A DNA stretch of 64,000 nt from Azolla caroliniana (taxonomy: Eukaryota; Plantae; Polypodiophyta), in contig JBHGNT010000010.1 of assembly GCA_043228905.1 (NCBI GenBank), forward strand, positions 1,054,001-1,118,000. The letters are read 5' to 3'. A model generated the notes under the pieces. That model was not told where the DNA came from, made no database searches, and saw nothing but the letters and a program-made list of their open reading frames with translations. The position numbers and the translations under genes are program-made. Position 1 is the stretch's first letter; each line of letters starts with the position of its first letter. This document shows, one piece after another, positions 47,305 through 59,400 of the stretch.

Positions 47305-50300
47305 TGACGGAAATTATCGAAACTTTCCAAACTTCACCTCTCGGCCACAACCAAGGAAAACACACGAATCGTTGTTGCAGAAAATGGGAAATGCAGTGGA
47401 CACACGATTTAACGTGGAAAACCCTGTACGGGAGTACAAAACTCCAAACCAAAACTATGCACAGAGAAGTATACAATGGCGAGCTGCAAGGCGACGACCT
47501 TGAGCTCGCTGTCCTCGCCACAGGCGGCGGAAATACACAGAGGCGTCGACCTCTTCCTCTCTCACGCTCTATCTCTCTCTCACGGCTGCTCTCTCTTCAC
47601 TCCTCTTGAGTGGAAAAACAGAAAAATAAGAAGCAACATTAAAACTGTTTGCCCTAAGTCATATTTATACACATATGACTTTGGGGCTATTTACAACTAT
47701 AGCCTCAAGGGCCCTTAGCAAACATATTCACGGATATGTCCCCGCATCCGGATCTCTCTCCGGGTACATTCGTCATCCGGCTCCGAAGCCGGGGTCTTCA
47801 TCATCCGGTTCCGAAACCGAAACCGGGCTCGTCGGCATTCATCTCCGACATCCGACCATCCCATCCGAAGGGACCGTAATCCCAACAAACTCCCCCTTCA
47901 CTTCGGCATGGGATGTCTTTCCAATCCGATCCTCTTCCGGCATGCTTCCAGCTTGTCGGGTGTGAGCACCTTGGTCAGCATATCCGACCCGTTCTCGTCC
48001 GTGTGGACCTTCGTCAGCACGAACTCCTTGTCTTCTATCCTTTCCTGGATCCAGTGATATCTTCGCTGGATGTGCTTCGTCCGGGAGTGATAGGCCGCGT
48101 TCTTCGCAAGGTGGATTGCACTCTGACTGTCGCAGTAGAGTCGGTACTCCTCCTGCCGGATACCGAGCTCTCTAATGAAGTCCTTCATCCATATTATTTC
48201 CTTGCCGGCTTCAACAGCCGCCATGTACTCCGCCTCCGTGGTTGACAACGCAACCGTCTTCTGCAGCCTCGACTGCCATGAGACAGCTCCCCCTGCATAC
48301 GTCATCACATACCCTGATGTGGACCGGCTGGTATCTGCATCAGCCGACATATCCGAATCGGTGAAGCCGTCGAGTTCGGGCTTACCGGAGCCGAATCGGA
48401 GGCACACGTTTGCCGTGCCCTTCAGGTATCGGAGTATCCACTTGGCCGCGTTCCAATGCTCTTTGCCGGGATTGCTCATGTACCGGCTCACCACTCCGAC
48501 TGCATATCCTATGTCCGGTCGGGTACACACCATTGCGTACATCAAGCTCCCGACGGCAGAGGCATATGGTACTTTCATCATGTCCTCCTTCTCAGCCTTT
48601 GTCTTGGGGCTCTGCTTGCTGGACAGCTTGCAGTTTGCCGGGAGTGTTGACCCGACCGGTCTTGCTTCCGACATGTTGAACCGTTTAAGCACCTTTGTCA
48701 CGTACTTCTCCTGTGACAGCCACAACTGCTTCTTCTTCCGGTCCCGGATGATGTGCATCCCTAGTATTTGCCTCGCCGGACCCAGGTCCTTCATTGAGAA
48801 GGTTCGGTGAAGAGCCTTCTTCAGCATCCGTATCTTGACCTGGTCTCGTCCGACGATCAACATGTCGTCCACGTACAGGAGGAGTATTAGAAAGTCTCCT
48901 CCTTCGAACTTCTTCACAAACACGCAATGGTCGGACTGCGTTTTGAGGTACCCTTCGTCGGTCATGAAAGAGTCGAACTTCCGGTACCATTGCCGGGGAG
49001 CCTGCTTCAGTCCGTAAAGGCTCTTCTTCAACCGGCATACCAGGTGCTCCTTCCCTTTCTTCTCGAATCCTTCCGGTTGCTGCATGTAGATCTCTTCTTC
49101 GAGGTCACCGTGAAGGAATGCCGTCTTCACGTCCATCTGTTCTACCTCGAGGTCCATGCTTGCCGCTATGCTCAGCACCGTCCGGATGGAGGTCATCTTC
49201 ACTACCGGGGCAAATATCTCGTCGAAGTCGACGCCCTTCTTCTGCTGAAACCCCTTCACCACGATCCTGGCTTTGTATCTCGGGGGGTTTCCGGCATCTC
49301 CCGGTTTCAGCTTGAACACCCACTTGTTTCGAAGTGCCCGCTTTCCTTTCGGCAACTCCACAAGTTCATATGTGTGGTTCTCATGCAGGGAATCCATCTC
49401 GTCCTGCATGGCACTCAACCACCTGCGGCTCTGGGTGTCATGCTTTGCTTCTTCAAAGCTCTCCGGCTCCCCCTCGTCGGTTAGCAGCACGTGCTCTGGT
49501 TCCGGAAATCTCCGGGGGGCCCTTCTCTCTCTTAGAGGATATCTCCGTTCCGGAGCTTCGGTAACCGGTTCTTCCGATTCTTCTTCATCCGAATCCATTT
49601 CGGGATCGGGGCCGGTTCCGGTATCATTTTCATCTTCCTCGGCCGGTTCTGTTTCTTCACCGTCTTCGGCCGGATCTTCGAGTGTTAACCGGTCCCTTGC
49701 CGGTCGGGACTGCTCCTCGTAGAGTTTATCCTCACCGGTCGACTTAGAGCTCTTCATCTTCTTCTCCGACTCCCAGTCGGCGAGTGTCTTGTTCTCCATG
49801 AAGATGATATCACGACTCCGGAATATCTTCTTGTCGACCGGGTCCCATACTCGGTAGCCGAACTCGTCGTCGCCGTAACCGAGGAATATGCATGGCCGGG
49901 TCTTTGGATCTAGCTTTCCTCTCCGGTCCTTTGCCACATGCACGTATGCGAGACACCCGAACACCTTCAGATGCCGGTAGGATACTTCCCTACCGGTCCA
50001 CACTCTCTGCGGCGTGTCTCCGTCCAAAGGTACTGAGGGTGATCTGTTTATCACGTATGTCGCCGTCGACATCGCCTCAGCCCAAAACCCCTTGGGTAAT
50101 TCCGCATGCGCCAGCATACTCCGGACCCTCTCCATTATGGTCCGGTTCATCCTCTCGGCCAGCCCGTTCAGTTCCGGCGTCTTCGGCACAGTAAACTCGA
50201 GCCGGATTCCCTTCGAGCGACAGTACTCCGCGAACTGCCCCCGGTATTCCCCTCCGTTATCCGCTCGTATCTCTTTCAGCTTCTTGCCGGATTCCCTTTC

Positions 50301-52596
50301 CACTCTCGCGTGGAGTTCTTTGAAGACGGACAACACTTGGTCCTTTGTCTTCAACGGTGCCGTCCACAGCTTCCGGCTGTGATCATCAATGAATGTCACG
50401 AAGTACTGGGCTCCGCCATGTGACTTCGTTTCTACCTGACACACATCAGTATGCACCAACTCCAATGGTGCGCTACGTCTCGTCGGTGGCCTTGAGTGGA
50501 AGGAGGTTCGGTTCTGCTTACCGGCCAGGCAATCGGTGCACTTCTCCAGGTGCACATGCTTCACTGGAATAAGGTTGTCTTCTGCAAGCCTCTTCATCCC
50601 CTTCTCACTCATGTGGCACAGTCTTTTGTGCCACAGCTCACCGGCAGTGTCGGCTGCCACATTCAGCTCTTCCGGACATAAACGGGCATTCATCAGGTAC
50701 AGGGTGTTGACTTTCCGGGCCCGAGCCACTATCAGGCTCCCCTTGCTGAACTTCATTACGCCGTTCCGGATGCTACCTGTGTAGCCTTCATCGTCTAGCC
50801 TCCCGGCCGAAATCAGGTTCAATCGAACCTCTGGAACGTGTCGGACATCCTTCAGCAGCATTTTGCATCCGGTCGGGGTTGTCAACCACACGTCTCCTAT
50901 GCCGGCAATCCGGCACGTACCTTCATTTCCCATCCGAACACAGCCATGCTCACCGGCTGTGTAGGATGAGAAGTATCTTCTCTCCGGGGTCAGGTGGAAC
51001 GACGCTCCGGAATCGACCACCCAGGTAGTCTCATCGCCGGCAATGTTTAGTTCACCTTCTTCGGTGATGAGCATGATTTCTTCCTCACTTGCCGCGAGTG
51101 CCGTCGTTCCTTTTCGGTCCTGCCCTCGCCGATCCGGACCTCTCCGGTCCGTGGCTCCCCGGTATGCACCGTTTCTCTCCGGTGACTTCTTCGAATCGGT
51201 GTCGTCGGCTCCGTTGTCCTTTCGGTAATGCCGACAATTCTTCCGGAAGTGCCCCGGCTTCCCACAGTGGAAGCATGTGGGTCTTCCTCTTGACTGCGAC
51301 CGGGTCCCCGACTTCTCCCGTCTTTGCGGACTCCGGTTCCATTGTCTTCCCCGTTCCGATTCGGTAAGCAGCGCCTTCGAGTCGGAGGCCGGTTCTTTAT
51401 CTCTCCGACGCGCTTCTTCGTTCAAAATACTTGTCTTTACCGTTTGTAGGGACAAGTTATCTTCGGTGCAGGAGGTGCTGAGAGTCACCACCAAGTTCTC
51501 CCAGCTTTCCGGCAATGTACACATCAGAATGATGGCTTGCATTGCATCCTCCAGCGGGAACTTGATCGCCGCAAGCTGGTTCACGAATCCCATGAACGTG
51601 CTTACGTGTTCCACCATACTCTCGCCGTCCCGGTACTTGAGGTTCACTATCTTCCTCATCAGGGAGGTCCGGTTCAACGCATTCTTCCTCTCATAGAGGC
51701 CCGACAGCTTCCGCCACATCTCATATGCGTTGGTGTCGTTCGCCACATGTTGTATAACGCTCACGTCGACGTATTGCCGAATGGTTGCAACGGCTTTCCG
51801 GTTCAGAAGCCTCCATTCCGACTCAAGTACCCCCTTCGGTATTTCCGACCTGTCAATCGGTTCGTACAGGTCCCGAACAATCAGAAGATCCTCCATCTTG
51901 ATCTTCCAGTCGGCGTAATTCTGCGCATTCAGCACCATCATCCCCGGCTGCCCGCTGCCGCCGCCTTCCATTTTCTGCAGCAGTTCGCTTTGATACCAGA
52001 TTGACGGAAATTATCGAAACTTTCCAAACTTCACCTCTCGGCCACAACCAAGGAAAACACACGAATCGTTGTTGCAGAAAATGGGAAATGCAGTGGACAC
52101 ACGATTTAACGTGGAAAACCCTGTACGGGAAAAACCACGGGAGTACAAAACTCCAAACCAAAACTATGCACAGAGAAGTATACAATGGCGAGCTGCAAGG
52201 CGACGACCTTGAGCTCGCTGTCCTCGCCACAGGCGGCGGAAATACACAGAGGCGTCGACCTCTTCCTCTCTCACGCTCTATCTCTCTCTCACGGCTGCTC
52301 TCTCTTCACTCCTCTTGAGTGGAAAAACAGAAAAATAAGAAGCAACATTAAAACTGTTTGCCCTAAGTCATATTTATACACATATGACTTTGGGGCTATT
52401 TACAACTATAGCCTCAAGGGCCCTTAGCAAACATATTCACGGATATGTCCCCGCATCCGGATCTCTCTCCGGGTACATTCGTCATCCGGCTCCGAAGCCG
52501 GGGTCTTCATCATCCGGTTCCGAAACCGAAACCGGGCTCGTCGGCATTCATCTCCGACATCCGACCATCCCATCCGAAGGGACCGTAATCCCAACA
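47305..52596 (-). mobile_element. Intact Tnt1/Tto1-like Copia 'G': 5' LTR 52596-52002, 3' LTR 47887-47305
   Basis: TSD TTTTC; PBS TGGTATCAAAGCG at 51998-51986; PPT GAAGGGGGAG. By eye the LTRs are identical apart from one 12-bp indel. Confidence 0.98.
47898..51971 (-). CDS. Copia Gag-Pol polyprotein, 1357 aa (capsid, CCHC knuckle, protease, integrase, RT, RNase H)
   Basis: Uninterrupted ORF with CFHCGKPGHFRKNC, DSGAS, HHCC and D,D,E integrase motifs, QMDVKTAFLHG, SLYGLKQAPRQW, YVDDML and SDMLTK. Confidence 0.98.
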   Translation of the reverse strand: MEGGGSGQPGMMVLNAQNYADWKIKMEDLLIVRDLYEPIDRSEIPKGVLESEWRLLNRKAVATIRQYVDVSVIQHVANDTNAYEMWRKLSGLYERKNALNRTSLMRKIVNLKYRDGESMVEHVSTFMGFVNQLAAIKFPLEDAMQAIILMCTLPESWENLVVTLSTSCTEDNLSLQTVKTSILNEEARRRDKEPASDSKALLTESERGRQWNRSPQRREKSGTRSQSRGRPTCFHCGKPGHFRKNCRHYRKDNGADDTDSKKSPERNGAYRGATDRRGPDRRGQDRKGTTALAASEEEIMLITEEGELNIAGDETTWVVDSGASFHLTPERRYFSSYTAGEHGCVRMGNEGTCRIAGIGDVWLTTPTGCKMLLKDVRHVPEVRLNLISAGRLDDEGYTGSIRNGVMKFSKGSLIVARARKVNTLYLMNARLCPEELNVAADTAGELWHKRLCHMSEKGMKRLAEDNLIPVKHVHLEKCTDCLAGKQNRTSFHSRPPTRRSAPLELVHTDVCQVETKSHGGAQYFVTFIDDHSRKLWTAPLKTKDQVLSVFKELHARVERESGKKLKEIRADNGGEYRGQFAEYCRSKGIRLEFTVPKTPELNGLAERMNRTIMERVRSMLAHAELPKGFWAEAMSTATYVINRSPSVPLDGDTPQRVWTGREVSYRHLKVFGCLAYVHVAKDRRGKLDPKTRPCIFLGYGDDEFGYRVWDPVDKKIFRSRDIIFMENKTLADWESEKKMKSSKSTGEDKLYEEQSRPARDRLTLEDPAEDGEETEPAEEDENDTGTGPDPEMDSDEEESEEPVTEAPERRYPLRERRAPRRFPEPEHVLLTDEGEPESFEEAKHDTQSRRWLSAMQDEMDSLHENHTYELVELPKGKRALRNKWVFKLKPGDAGNPPRYKARIVVKGFQQKKGVDFDEIFAPVVKMTSIRTVLSIAASMDLEVEQMDVKTAFLHGDLEEEIYMQQPEGFEKKGKEHLVCRLKKSLYGLKQAPRQWYRKFDSFMTDEGYLKTQSDHCVFVKKFEGGDFLILLLYVDDMLIVGRDQVKIRMLKKALHRTFSMKDLGPARQILGMHIIRDRKKKQLWLSQEKYVTKVLKRFNMSEARPVGSTLPANCKLSSKQSPKTKAEKEDMMKVPYASAVGSLMYAMVCTRPDIGYAVGVVSRYMSNPGKEHWNAAKWILRYLKGTANVCLRFGSGKPELDGFTDSDMSADADTSRSTSGYVMTYAGGAVSWQSRLQKTVALSTTEAEYMAAVEAGKEIIWMKDFIRELGIRQEEYRLYCDSQSAIHLAKNAAYHSRTKHIQRRYHWIQERIEDKEFVLTKVHTDENGSDMLTKVLTPDKLEACRKRIGLERHPMPK

Positions 52597-55130
52597 TTTT
52601 CTCCTCCCGATGATCTCCCTCCTTCTTTTCCTCTCTAGATGGCCTCCTTAAAACAGCCAAAGGTCGCCCCCTTTATAGCACAAGGAGCGACCGTTACAAA
52701 GCATTCATGACTTGTCCCTTGATTTCCCCCCCCTGATTCGCTCTCCTCGTAACTCTCCCTACTTACGCGATGTCTGAATCCCTATTAATGTCTTACCTAC
52801 CCAATACACCTTCTACCTATGCCTAGTACTTACACTATTTAATTCACTAAGGGCGTGCACTCGTGCACACCGGTGTTCTTGCGCGTTTCACATTGTTTCC
52901 ACCTATGGCCCGGAATCTTCATGACATCCACCCCCACTAAACCTCACATACTCCGTTATGTGCTGGGTAGCGAAGTTAGTGAGGGATTCCGACCATCTGC
53001 TACTCGTTCTCCCCTTCTAAACTAGCGCTTTCGGCTCCTGGGTCTGGTTCTGCCTCGCTCCTGCTTTTGAAGGCCTTTATCCGCTTCCTGGCCATTGGAG
53101 TCATCATTTTGGTCCCGTCGAGCTTTGTGAGATTATACGTTGCGTTATCGTTGATGCTAATTACCACATATGGCCCGAACCATCGCTTCACGAACTTACG
53201 CGTAGACCTATGCTAGTTGTCGAGGCTGCTATCGTAGACTAACACCCAATCGCCTTCCTCGATCTTCCTCGGTCGGAGCCGGTGTGTTCGGTCGAACCGG
53301 GCCTTGTTCCGGATTCTCACTTCTTTCACCCTCGCCGTGGCCCGCTCCACGTCTTCTGGCCTTAGCTCGAGTTGCCGGATTTGGGTCGCAAGCATATTCT
53401 TCTCGGCTCATTTCGTTGGCCCAATCGATCGCCGTCCACGAGGCGATCGTTCGCTCCACTGGCATGATGGGTTTCTGTCCATACATTAGTTCCGCCGGCA
53501 TGTACCTTGTCACCGAGCTATGGGTAGTCCTGTCCGCCCATAGCGCGTAAGGGAGCAACCTCGGCCAATCGCCGACTCGTCCTTTGCATGCGCGTACAAT
53601 GGCTTTTATGATCAGGCTGTGGCCCCGCTCAATCTTTCCATTGGCCTCCGGGTTGTACGCCGTCGTGAGGGATAGTTTTACGCCTAGCCGATCAAACAGT
53701 TCCTCGGCCTCTTCCGCGTCTAGCTCTCCTCGGTCAACCACGATTTTTCCCACGCACCCGCATTGGCATATGACATCTTCAATCAGAAACTTACATACTG
53801 CCGTTGTGGTCTTGTTTGTTAGTGCTCGACCCTCTACCTGGTTCATTAGGTCTTCTCTAGCCAGCACTAGGTATTGCTTCTGACCCTCTCCCATCGGCAT
53901 CGTTACTAAGTTGACCATCCATTTGAAGTGCAAGACCGAGGGGTATGTTGCGTGCAGCTCGTCGTGGTGTCGAACCACTGAGTGCATCTGGCAGCTTTCG
54001 CATGTGGACACGAAGTCATGCACGCTCCTATATACCCGGCCACCAGTATTTCTCCTTTAACTTCTCGAATGTGGCCCATGTACCCCGGTGTCCAGACCAA
54101 GGGCTTTCGTGGAACTCTGATATTAGCTTCTCCTGATCATTTGCCCGCGCTATTACCTGGAGCGGCGCGTCGTTTCGCCTTTTTGGGACCCTCCATATTT
54201 TCCCATTTCGTAGGAAATATCGATACGCCCTTTTTCGAAGCTGTCCTGCTTCCTCCCTAGTCATCGAGGTGTCCGCTGTCATCGTTTTTAGAAATCTTCC
54301 GATGAGAAGCCACTCCCCGTCATAGTCGTCTTCGTCGAACTCGTTCAGGGGTGGAGCGCTTCGCCCTTTTATCCTCATCCTTGTTGATTCGAAGAAGTCC
54401 GCACCGACTTCTTCGTCCTCCGATACCATGTCGTCCTTGTCCTCGAACCTTGCTCTGGAAAGCATATCGGCCATAGCGTTGTCTTTACCCGAGATGTGTT
54501 ATATCTCTGGGACTTGATGTACACAATCCACCTGAGCATGGCCAGGTCAGGAGTTGCGCATCCAGAGACCATTCCGAGAATCGACATGCAGTCCGTTTCT
54601 ATAATCACTTCTATCCGAATTAGGTAGTCTTTGTCGACCTTAATTGTTGAAACGATACCTCATAGCTTGTGCTTGACTTGGGCATATCCTCGCTGTCGCT
54701 CACTCAGTACCTTTGTACCAAACCGGATAGGGAAACGTGTGTCGTCTTCATCCTCTTGATTTATGACCCATCCTATCCCGGTCGGGCTGGTGTCCACCAT
54801 AATGTAGACCGGAGTTCCCGGTGCGTATTCTGCTTTAGGTAAAGCTGGTGCCGTGGTGAGCGTTCGTTTTAGCCTCCGAACCGCCTCGGTATGTTCCCTT
54901 GTCAATTCGAACTTCCTGTTCTTCTTTAGCAAGCCGTAGAGCGGTTCGGCGATGTGTGCATAATGAGGGATCCATATGTGGTAGAAGGCGCATGCTCCCA
55001 AGAACCGTCGGACCTCCGTGATTGATCCGCAGTTCGCCTTCATTGCCGAGATGGCCTCTACCTTGTTCGGCATTGGCTTCCGGCCGTACAACCCACATAG
55101 ATGGCCCACTACTAAGATCTCTGGCTGTCT

Positions 55131-55935
55131 GACATTGAGGAACAGTCGGATGTGGGTTGTGGCGTCGGTTTCGCCGTTGAAGCGGGGATAAGCAAAGGCC
55201 ATGATGGGTGCTACGGCGGGTAGGGAAAGACCACAGTGCTTTTGTGGTGAGCGCGCTTCCTGCGTATCGCCAAGGTATTTGGAGAGCGAAAAATCGTCTT
55301 TGTGGTTCTGACATGTAGTACTGTGGTTACTGAGGCGAGATTTTTGCCGTGCGCGTGCCTAGCGTGTGATGGACCATGTGATTGGTCGGTCTTGTCGTGT
55401 TGGTTCTTTGGGGCTTCTGTGGCTAAACATTCATTCGTCGTTGTTCGTCTGTGAGAAGACACAGATCACCAAGAGTGCTAAAAAGTGTTACCGATTAGGA
55501 ACACGGTCTATGGTTAGTCCTTCGACCTAGACCTCAAAGTGACTGTGTGACAATGAGTGGTAGCGTCTGTGCGTAATACTTAGTGGGATACCTCCCGTAA
55601 CCTAGCAACGTATAAGGGAGACGGCTACAACCGAGCTCCTTAGACAGTGGGCTAGCGCACACACCATTACTCATGCCTACGCGCTTAAGGATTACATACA
55701 CACAGTAGATTAACCATAGATACGCATAGATATCAGAGAAGATAGAACTCTATTAAGATACGCCTTTTACATTTAGAATTACACGCTCGCTCTATTAGAG
55801 GTTTTTTGCCCTTTATATAAGCATGGTCTTTTAGCCATTCACCCTTCCCGCATGAACCGTTTACATGCGTTACAATATTATTCTATTCCATATTATTGCG
55901 CTCTTGTCTGTTGATTACTATTCCGGCGGACAACA
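55131..55935 (-). mobile_element. 5' remnant of a different Gypsy-like element 'H': LTR ~55935-55486, leader, first 24 gag codons
   Basis: TGTT...TAACA segment interrupts gag of A at TSKVL. It is followed by a degenerate PBS-like CTTTTTAGCACTCTTGGTG and MAFAYPRFNGETDATTHIRLFLNV. Confidence 0.65.
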
Positions 55936-56494
55936 CTTTGCTCGTTTTAAGCACGGTTCGGTCCAATCTAGAGAGCCGCGGGAACCGTGACTCGAACTCC
56001 TGGAGGAGCGTCGAAGCGTTCTGACCCTTGTCGAGGCTGTTGACCCAATCCATAAAGTCCTTTCTCGAGAACTTCCTCCGTGAACTCCGCCCAATCACGG
56101 CAACCCGCTTGTATTTCGGTCATCTCCGTATGGATGTGTGGTGTCATGAACCAGGGAAACCTTGTCAGCCGTCTACCCTCGGGTATATTCCTCATCTGCA
56201 TTTCAGATTTGTAGGCCTCTAAGTAGCTCGTGGCGTCTTCCCCACTGAACCGGCCTATCTTGTCGACTGTTGCTTCTATGGCCCTGTCGAGGGCACTCAC
56301 GCCCTTGCGAGCACTAACTAGGCGGTCTACCACCACCGCCATTGCTTTTGCAAGTTCGCTCCCCCTCATTTTCAGATTCCTTTGCCGCCCCTATCACATC
56401 GGGTTCACCAAAGATGTCGAGGAAATCCTCACGGATGCGTAGAAGTTGGGCAAAACCGTGGGTGTCTTGAACCAAGGAGCCAAGAAATGAGGAG

Positions 56495-59400
56495 TGTTGA
56501 GCGGCAAGCTCAACTGGAGCCAGATCGGTAAGCTGATGAGCAACCGAGCTGGCAAGCAACAGAGTCGGTGAGTTGGGGAGCCGGTTAGCCGGATCCAATC
56601 GGTAACCGGAAGCCTTAGACTAGGCAGTTATAGTCTCGTAGTAAGTGTCACATGCTCGTGTGAGCATTGAAGTACGGGGTACTTTTGTCAGTCCCACAAG
56701 GACTTGTATAAATAGTGCTACTGAGCATAGTTGTAATAATAGAGTGTCTATATTGTTTTGAATATAGCTTTTACGTTCTGCTCTCTCTGTCTCTCTCGTG
56801 TACTCTATGTATTCTCTGCTTTCTTTGTTTTTAACGCTTCCACAAGTAATCGTTTACATGGTATCAGAGTGCGAGGGTTGAGAACCTCTGCAGTCGACAA
56901 ACGCTTGAAAGCAAACCCTAACAGGTCGTAAGAACAACAGACAGCGAAGTGATGGATAGAGGAATGGCTAGCTCGCTCCCTGTGGAGAAACTCGACAGAT
57001 CCAATTACGCATCTTGGTCGTACAAGATGCACCAGTACTTGCTTGGGCATGGCTACTGGAGTTTCGTCGAAGGAGCCAACGAAACAGCACCTGATGCGGC
57101 ACATAAGGATTTCCCAGTTTGGGAACAATCGGCAAGCAGAGTGATGTACTACTTCGCGTCCAGTGTCGAAGACAAGCTGTTGAGCCACATCCGAGACGCC
57201 AAGACCCCGAAGGAGGCTTGGGGGAACCTGAAGAAGGTTTTCGCCACGAGCACTATAGCACGGAAGCTGCAACTCCGACAGGAGTTGAGCAATGTCTGAC
57301 AGAAGGACATGTCGGTGGCGGATTACACAGCCCGGATCGAAGAGATATGTAACTCGCTTACCTCTATCAACATTGCCGTAGAGGAAGAAGAGATGGTACA
57401 AGTCTGTCTTGGGGGCCTAGCGTCTAAGTTCAGAGTGTTCCAAACGGCGGTGTGTACAAGGGAGAATACGCCGTCATTTTTCGACTGACAATCGATGCTC
57501 CTTGTAGAGGAGAACCACGCCAGTGCGTCAACTAGCGCACCCATTGACAACCGGATGCTGTACACGGAAGCGGATCGGTACCGTGGGCGTGGTGGACAAG
57601 GCAGGTCGGCACACAATGGAGGCGGCCGGCAAGACCAGCAAACAAAGGCATAGAGAACGTGCCCGACAACAGTTCCGGACCCTCCGGGAGCAGGGGGAGT
57701 CATGGTGGCACCAAAAGACGGCAAGAGAAGACTGCAACGGAATGCTGGTATTGTGGCAAAAAGGGCCACAGAGAAAGCGAGTGCTGGAGAAAACACGCCG
57801 ATTCAGACAAATCTGGATCCGACAAGGCCGGCAAGGATGGTCGGCAAAGCTCGCATTACGCGAAGGGATCGAGAGGATCCAAGAACGGTAACGGGCCAGC
57901 CTTGGTGATGAAGCACGAGGCGAACTCGATGAAGAAGACCACTTCCAAATCGGAGGAAGTGTGGTATGTTGATTCCAGTGCGTCAAACCACATGACGAGC
58001 CACAAAGAGTGGTTCTCCTTTTTGGAGAAACCGGATCAACCAGGAGTAGTCGAAACCGGAGACGACACTCCTCACCCAATCGTGCACGTCGGAGAAGTCC
58101 CTTTGAACCACATTAGACAAAAGGGGAAGCTGATGAACGTATTACACGTTCCGACAAGCACGAAGAACTTGGTGTCGGTCGGACAAATCATCGACCAGGG
58201 GATGCATGTGCGGTTTACGCACCTTGGGTGCTTCATCGAGGAAGAGGGCGAAGAGACGAGAGGATGTTTATCCTCGACACCAATGACATTGGCAGCACTC
58301 TGTTTGCAAAAGGACAGAAGGTCGAATCAGACATCGACCTGTGGCACAAGCGGATAGGCCATGTCAAGACCTACGGAGGCAGTCCAAACGGCTGTGTACA
58401 TCCAAAACTGGATCGGTGACAAGGTGTCAGCTCACGAGTTGTATTTCGGGCGCAAGCCGAATTTGAGACACCTTAAGATCTTCGGTAGCATTGCATATGT
58501 GCATGTACCGTATGAGAAGCGGAGGAAGCTGGATGCAAAATCGGAAAAATGCAGCCTAGTCGGCTATGCTCAAGAGCAAAAGGGTTATAAGTGTTATAAC
58601 CCCCGGACAAAGCAGGTCTGAGTTAGTCGAGATGTCGAGTTCGATGAATGGACATCGTGGTACTCCTTACTGGCTCCGACTTCTGAATCCGACCCGATGC
58701 CGGAGGATGAGGCTAGTGAGCCTGAACCGGCCGAGGTAGATGAGGATGAAGCGTGGACTCAGGATGAGAGTCTGGAATCGTTTCGGTTGATCGGGCCAAA
58801 CGAGAGACTGAGTCAATCTGACCAGTCCGATGAGGAACCAGCGAGTAGTGGAGACTCTATCGTGCTCTCCCCGCGCAAGGAACCGAGGAGACGGTTCACG
58901 CGCAAAGAGAAAGGGAAGAAAAAGATGTCGGAATTCGAAATCGGCAACGATGAGTCGGATCGGTGTGCATCCGACTCCGGCAAGGAGAAAGGCAGATCTT
59001 CGGCAACGAAGACGGAACCGGCCAAGAAGGGCCTCAAATCGGGTAACGCTAAGTTACGCCGGTCCACCCGCCAGAAGGATTCCGTCACGCGGTACGGGTA
59101 CAATGAGTACATGGCGCATCACTATGTGTACATGACTAAGGTGGCGGAAGTGCGTGAGCCGGAGAGCTACGCAGAAGTGGCAAAGGACGCAAATTGGCGT
59201 GTTGCTATGGAGGAAGAAATGCGGGCACTTGATGTCAACGAGATATGGGACCTAGTTGACCCTCCCCGTCACTGTAAACCGATCGGATGCAAGTGGGTGT
59301 ACAAGGTAAAGTACAACGCGGACGGTTTAGTTAACCGGTACAAGGCCTGGTTAGTGGCGAAGGGATATGCGTAGACCCACAGAATCGACTACGATGAGAC

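Larger units (their letters stand above)
46858..56494 (-). mobile_element. Gypsy 'A' with tRNA-Trp PBS: 3' LTR 46858-52926 (split by an intact Copia), degenerate pol ~53000-55130, gag fragment 55936-56369, PBS 56410-56394, 5' LTR from 56415 (interrupted at 56494)
   Basis: The 80-bp LTR ends at 46858 and 56415 match at 74/80. PPT GTGGGGGTGGA precedes 52926 on the minus strand. Motifs VRRFLG, HESPWSGHRG, CESCQ, YNPEANGKIERGH and WFGPY. Confidence 0.9.

Noticed and set aside
47913-52004. Many plus-strand ORFs opposite the Copia polyprotein (also opposite 41167-44439 and 61543-62769)
   Set aside because: These are antisense shadows of GC-rich coding sequence with no recognisable motifs.
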